Of a DNA stretch of 47,023 bases, positions 43,562 through 47,023 are shown piece after piece (the first letter of the stretch is position 1; every line of letters starts with the position of its first letter). Made by a program: the position numbers and the translations under genes. Below the pieces are notes generated by a model that was not told the DNA's origin, searched no databases, and saw only the letters and a program-made list of their open reading frames with translations. Source of the stretch: a virus (lineage: Duplodnaviria; Caudoviricetes); the IMG/VR virus record IMGVR_UViG_3300024232_000020, positions 1-47,023 of that record; one strand, given 5' to 3'.

Positions 43562-43804
43562 ATGATCTACCACGTACCCGACAACGATGACCGACAGGGC
43601 GAAGCCCCTGAGTGCGGTTGCAAGCCCTGCCCACTCTGCGACGGCGAAGGCTCCATCCCACTGCGTGTCTCAGAAGGCAGCGACGGACGCGGCCCAGACT
43701 GCCGGGTAGTGCTTGAGTATCAGGACTGCCCGATGTGCAAGGGAAAGGGAACCGTCAGCGATGACTGCTCTATACCGGCGCACTGGGAGGAGGTAACGGC
43801 ATAA
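43562..43804 (+). CDS. DnaJ-type CxxCxGxG zinc-finger protein
   Basis: CPLCDGEG...CPMCKGKG. Confidence 0.7.
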   Translation: MIYHVPDNDDRQGEAPECGCKPCPLCDGEGSIPLRVSEGSDGRGPDCRVVLEYQDCPMCKGKGTVSDDCSIPAHWEEVTA

Positions 43805-44784
43805 TGCAACCCCAAGAACTTGTTCTGAGCCATTCCGATGTTGAACTGGCGACCCAGATGGAGCGGGCGCGGTTCTCCCCGGTGATGAATATTGCGATGG
43901 CCGTCGAGCGACGTAGCGCCATCAAGGAAGCCTTTACAAAACTGATGGAGGACGGCCAGGATTACGGCAAGGTCGCGGGCATTGGAAAGCCCACGCTGCT
44001 GCAACCGGGCGCACAGAAACTAGATAATCTGTTTGGTCTGGTTCCGCGGTTCCCAATCGAAATGATGCGAATCGAGGAGGACTGGACCGGCAATCAGCAC
44101 GGCGGCGAACCATTCTTTCGCTACATGGTGGTCTGCCAGCTCATGCGCGGCGAGTTCATCATGGGCGAAGCCATTGGTGAGTGCAACTCCTGGGAGGTCA
44201 AATACCGCTACCGCAAGACGGATCGCAAGTGCCCCTCATGCGGAGCTGAGGCGATCATCTTCACCAAAAAAGATAACTGGTGGTGCGCAAAGTTCAAGGA
44301 CGGCTGCGGCAAGGGATTCAAGAAGGACGATCCCGCAATCACCGGGCAGGAAGTTGGCCGCAAGCCAAACCCGGAAATCTTCGACCAGGTCAACACGCTC
44401 CTGAAGATGGCTCAGAAGCGGGCGCACGTATCGGCCACGATCAATGCCACCAGCGCCAGCGAGTTCTTTACGGTGGACATTGAGCCCGAGCAGCAGCAAG
44501 CGCCAGAGCCGCCAACGGCTCCTGCAATGCCGCAAACCCCTGAGGAGTGGGAGAAACAAGACCCAGCGCTCACGAACTTCATCGACCGCGTTAGCTTGGG
44601 TAAGCCGGCCGCTGAAGAGGTTTACAAGGAAATCATCGAGATGATCGACAAATCGAGCGACACAGAAACCAGCGATAGGGCATGGACTGAAGCCACGCGC
44701 ACCGTGAACCGCAAAGCTCCTTCGCCGGCCGATGTGGTGAAGCATTTATACAATGTTTGGAAGGGATTGCAGCCACCCCAATGA
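43804..44784 (+). CDS. putative single-strand annealing recombinase with zinc-ribbon insert
   Basis: DYG.V.G..KPTLLQPGAQKL...G.CNS.E.KY...NTLLKMAQKRA....FT.D pattern; GGAGG RBS. Confidence 0.7.
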   Translation: MQPQELVLSHSDVELATQMERARFSPVMNIAMAVERRSAIKEAFTKLMEDGQDYGKVAGIGKPTLLQPGAQKLDNLFGLVPRFPIEMMRIEEDWTGNQHGGEPFFRYMVVCQLMRGEFIMGEAIGECNSWEVKYRYRKTDRKCPSCGAEAIIFTKKDNWWCAKFKDGCGKGFKKDDPAITGQEVGRKPNPEIFDQVNTLLKMAQKRAHVSATINATSASEFFTVDIEPEQQQAPEPPTAPAMPQTPEEWEKQDPALTNFIDRVSLGKPAAEEVYKEIIEMIDKSSDTETSDRAWTEATRTVNRKAPSPADVVKHLYNVWKGLQPPQ

Positions 44785-45005
44785 GGAAGATTGAGCTAAT
44801 TTGCGATGCCTGCGGTATGGAACTTCCAGAGGGCGGCATTTTTGACAGCATGACCATCTCGCAGGAAGTTGGCGGCGTAACGACCTGGGATCTGTGCGCT
44901 AACTGCTCGAAGGCCCTCGCGGAGCAATGCGAGAAGGATATGGCGATCACCAGAGGCCGATGGAATGAGCAATTCATGAAGAAAATGGCCGAGGAAGTCG
45001 GGTAA
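44781..45005 (+). CDS. zinc-binding protein (CDAC...DLC..C)
   Basis: ATGA coupling. Confidence 0.65.
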   Translation: MRKIELICDACGMELPEGGIFDSMTISQEVGGVTTWDLCANCSKALAEQCEKDMAITRGRWNEQFMKKMAEEVG

Positions 45006-45030
45006 ACGTCCCGAATCCAGGAGAATACGA

Positions 45031-45216
45031 ATGACATTCCAGAAGTGCTCACATCCGGGCTGCAAGGAAGGAATCTGCTATACCTGCGATGTGTGCGATA
45101 AGCCGTTTTGCCCCGATCATGGATCGGCGGGCGGCGACAGGCAGGTTGAAGACGTTGGAGCGGTCGCGTATCCCAGCCTGTGCTGGCTGCATGGAGGATT
45201 TGACGCCGATGCGTAA
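45031..45216 (+). CDS. AN1-like zinc-finger protein
   Basis: AGGAG RBS; C.HPGC...CDVCDKPFCPDH. Confidence 0.65.
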   Translation: MTFQKCSHPGCKEGICYTCDVCDKPFCPDHGSAGGDRQVEDVGAVAYPSLCWLHGGFDADA

Positions 45217-45517
45217 ATACGGCCGCACTGATGGCAACCACAAAGCCATCTTCGACGCCTGGAGAAAAGCAGGAGCATCCGTACTAAGCCTAGCCCCCTT
45301 GGGTAATGGCGCACCAGATGCGCTGGTTTGCTGGAAGGCTTGCTTCGATCCTGAATGTGCAGAATGTTGGTGCATGGCCCTTTGCGAGATAAAAGACGGC
45401 TCCCGCAAGCCCAGCGAGCAGAGGCTAACCGAAGATGAGGCTGCTTTTCACGCCGCATGGCCTGGTAAGATTCACGTAATTCATTCAATCGATGAGGCTT
45501 TGGAGCTTATAAAATGA
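45209..45517 (+). CDS. VRR-NUC / PD-(D/E)xK nuclease
   Basis: D.NH..I...R..GASV..L...G.G.PD...EIKDG.....LT..E..F...W. Confidence 0.85.
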   Translation: MRKYGRTDGNHKAIFDAWRKAGASVLSLAPLGNGAPDALVCWKACFDPECAECWCMALCEIKDGSRKPSEQRLTEDEAAFHAAWPGKIHVIHSIDEALELIK

Positions 45518-45738
45518 CAAGAATACAGATCGAGATGCTGAAATCTGCTAACGAGTTCCTCTTGGACGCCGAACGCGCCTTGGCCATCAGTCAGGATTAC
45601 CGCAATGTGGCCAAGCAGAAACTCGACGACCTAATAGAATCTTTCGCAGAACCGACCAAGCGCGGCCGGCCTTCAGGCAGCAAAAACAAAACAGCGCAGA
45701 GTGGCACGCTGCCGCTTCAGGAGCAGGCCCCGAAGTGA
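45514..45738 (+). CDS. protein with AT-hook (KRGRPSGSKNK)
   Basis: Coupled on both sides. Confidence 0.65.
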   Translation: MTRIQIEMLKSANEFLLDAERALAISQDYRNVAKQKLDDLIESFAEPTKRGRPSGSKNKTAQSGTLPLQEQAPK

Positions 45739-46331
45739 AAAAGCCACTTTGTGTGGATTTATTTTGTGGTCTTGGAGGCTGGGCGCACGGCTTCCTCGCA
45801 GAGGGTTACGACGTTGTAGGGTTCGACATCGAACGGCATCAGTACGGCGATGACAAGTACCCGGCGCAACTTGTATTACAGGACGTTCTAACGCTTCATG
45901 GCGAGCAGTTCCGCAATGCGGCGGTTATTGTGGCGTCTCCACCGTGCCAGGCGTACAGCTATCGCGCAATGCCCTGGAAGCGGGCAAAGTCTCTGCCTCC
46001 ACCGGATAACTCATTGTTTGAAGCGTGCTTTCGAATCGCGGAGGAAGCTGGCGTGCCGCTGGTGGTGGAGAACGTTCGCGGCGCCGAGAAGTGGGTCGGT
46101 CCGGCTGCATGGAAGTTCAAGAGCTTTTTCCTTTGGGGAGATGTGCCGGCGCTAATGCCGGTTCCGTCTCAGGGGTTCAAGGGGTTCAAGGGGTTCAAGC
46201 GGGAATGGCGGGATTGTGAGGCGAGTCGCAAATGGTCTTCGAAATCCAAAGAGCGAAAAGAGTGGTCCGCACGGATAGCCAAGATACCCTTCCCTCTAGC
46301 CCAGCACATTGCAAGGATATTTCACCCATGA
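45735..46331 (+). CDS. DNA cytosine-C5 methyltransferase (compact)
   Basis: Motif I DLFCGLGG, motif IV SPPCQ, motif VI VENV. Confidence 0.9.
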   Translation: MKKPLCVDLFCGLGGWAHGFLAEGYDVVGFDIERHQYGDDKYPAQLVLQDVLTLHGEQFRNAAVIVASPPCQAYSYRAMPWKRAKSLPPPDNSLFEACFRIAEEAGVPLVVENVRGAEKWVGPAAWKFKSFFLWGDVPALMPVPSQGFKGFKGFKREWRDCEASRKWSSKSKERKEWSARIAKIPFPLAQHIARIFHP

Positions 46332-46594
46332 TCCGTGGCAGCGAATTTCCCAACAGAAAGGACCTGGCGCATATCCCAGCCAGCAAGCTCTATCCCAAGA
46401 AACTACGATTGCGGGCGCAGGGGCGGGCTGAGTGCCCTCGGTGCGGCTCGTCCGGGGTGCACGTATCCCCCAACATGTCTGGTAGGGTCTGCGGACTCTG
46501 CCTTGGGCAAAGATTCATCGATGCACTGCCCGAACAGAAGGCTCGGCCATCTAGGGGATTTGGCAAAAGTTCGAAGACAAAAGGAGAATTGTGA
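46328..46594 (+). CDS. CxxCxG zinc-finger protein
   Basis: CPRCGSSG...CGLCLG; couplings. Confidence 0.55.
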   Translation: MIRGSEFPNRKDLAHIPASKLYPKKLRLRAQGRAECPRCGSSGVHVSPNMSGRVCGLCLGQRFIDALPEQKARPSRGFGKSSKTKGEL

Positions 46595-46878
46595 AAAACA
46601 ATAACAAAGAACGCGCAGTACTCGTGACGACCGTCCATAAGGGGGTCTTTTTCGGATATGCTTCCGAGACTGGAGGGCAGACAATCAAATTGCGGGCGGC
46701 TCGCCTGTGTGTTTCATGGACGAGCGATTTGCGCGGATTTATGGGGCTCGCTTCGCATGGTCCTACCGCCTCTTGCCGGATCGGTCCGGCGGCTGACATC
46801 GAAGTTCGAGACATCACCTCAGTTGTCGAGTGCAGCGCCCCTGCTATCGAGAAATGGGAGAAGGCTCCGTGGCAGTAA
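46591..46878 (+). CDS. DUF6948-like small beta-barrel protein
   Basis: VLVTT.HKGVFFG...L..AR....W......GLA..GP...RIG; AAGGAG RBS. Confidence 0.75.
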   Translation: MKNNNKERAVLVTTVHKGVFFGYASETGGQTIKLRAARLCVSWTSDLRGFMGLASHGPTASCRIGPAADIEVRDITSVVECSAPAIEKWEKAPWQ

Positions 46879-46889
46879 TTTGGGGAAGT

Positions 46890-47015
46890 ATTCCCAGATG
46901 GTGTGATGTGTTCTACGGCTACGGCGACGGCTCCGGCGACGGCGACGGCGACGGCGACGGCTACGGCTCCGGCTACGGCTACGGCGACGGCTCCGGCTAC
47001 GGCTACGGCTCCGGC
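46890..47015. repeat. Terminal direct repeat, right copy
   Basis: Identical to 1-126. Confidence 0.95.
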
Positions 47016-47023
47016 GACGGCGA

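Noticed and set aside
46890-47023. Biological terminal repeat of the virion DNA
   Set aside because: It falls mid-gene at a low-complexity array and is about one k-mer long, so it is more likely an assembly overlap

Overview
The window looks like a complete, circularly permuted genome of a long-tailed (siphovirus-like) dsDNA bacteriophage, about 46,889 bp. Bases 1-126 recur exactly at 46890-47015, and one gene runs across that junction. A divergent promoter pair at about 43.5 kb splits the genome. The short leftward arm (43480->40440) carries small regulators, a DUF968-like nuclease and a lysis cassette. The long rightward arm carries recombination/nuclease/C5-methyltransferase genes, a Gly-X repeat protein, a replication initiator and loader, and many small accessory genes. 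It continues with terS/terL, a ~6.8 kb island of 5 glycosyltransferase-like and 3 SAM-methyltransferase genes, portal, a SixA-like phosphohistidine phosphatase, protease/scaffold, capsid, neck, tail tube, a -1 frameshifted tail chaperone, tape measure and tail-tip genes. I see no integrase, DNA polymerase, reverse transcriptase, tRNA or CRISPR array. The most notable points are the glycosylation/methylation island inside the head module, a candidate anti-Shine-Dalgarno sRNA facing the lysis genes, pervasive leaderless promoters, the SixA homologue, the hexamer-array gene with its conserved partner, and several unannotated microproteins. All product calls come from motif recognition by eye; no database searches were run.
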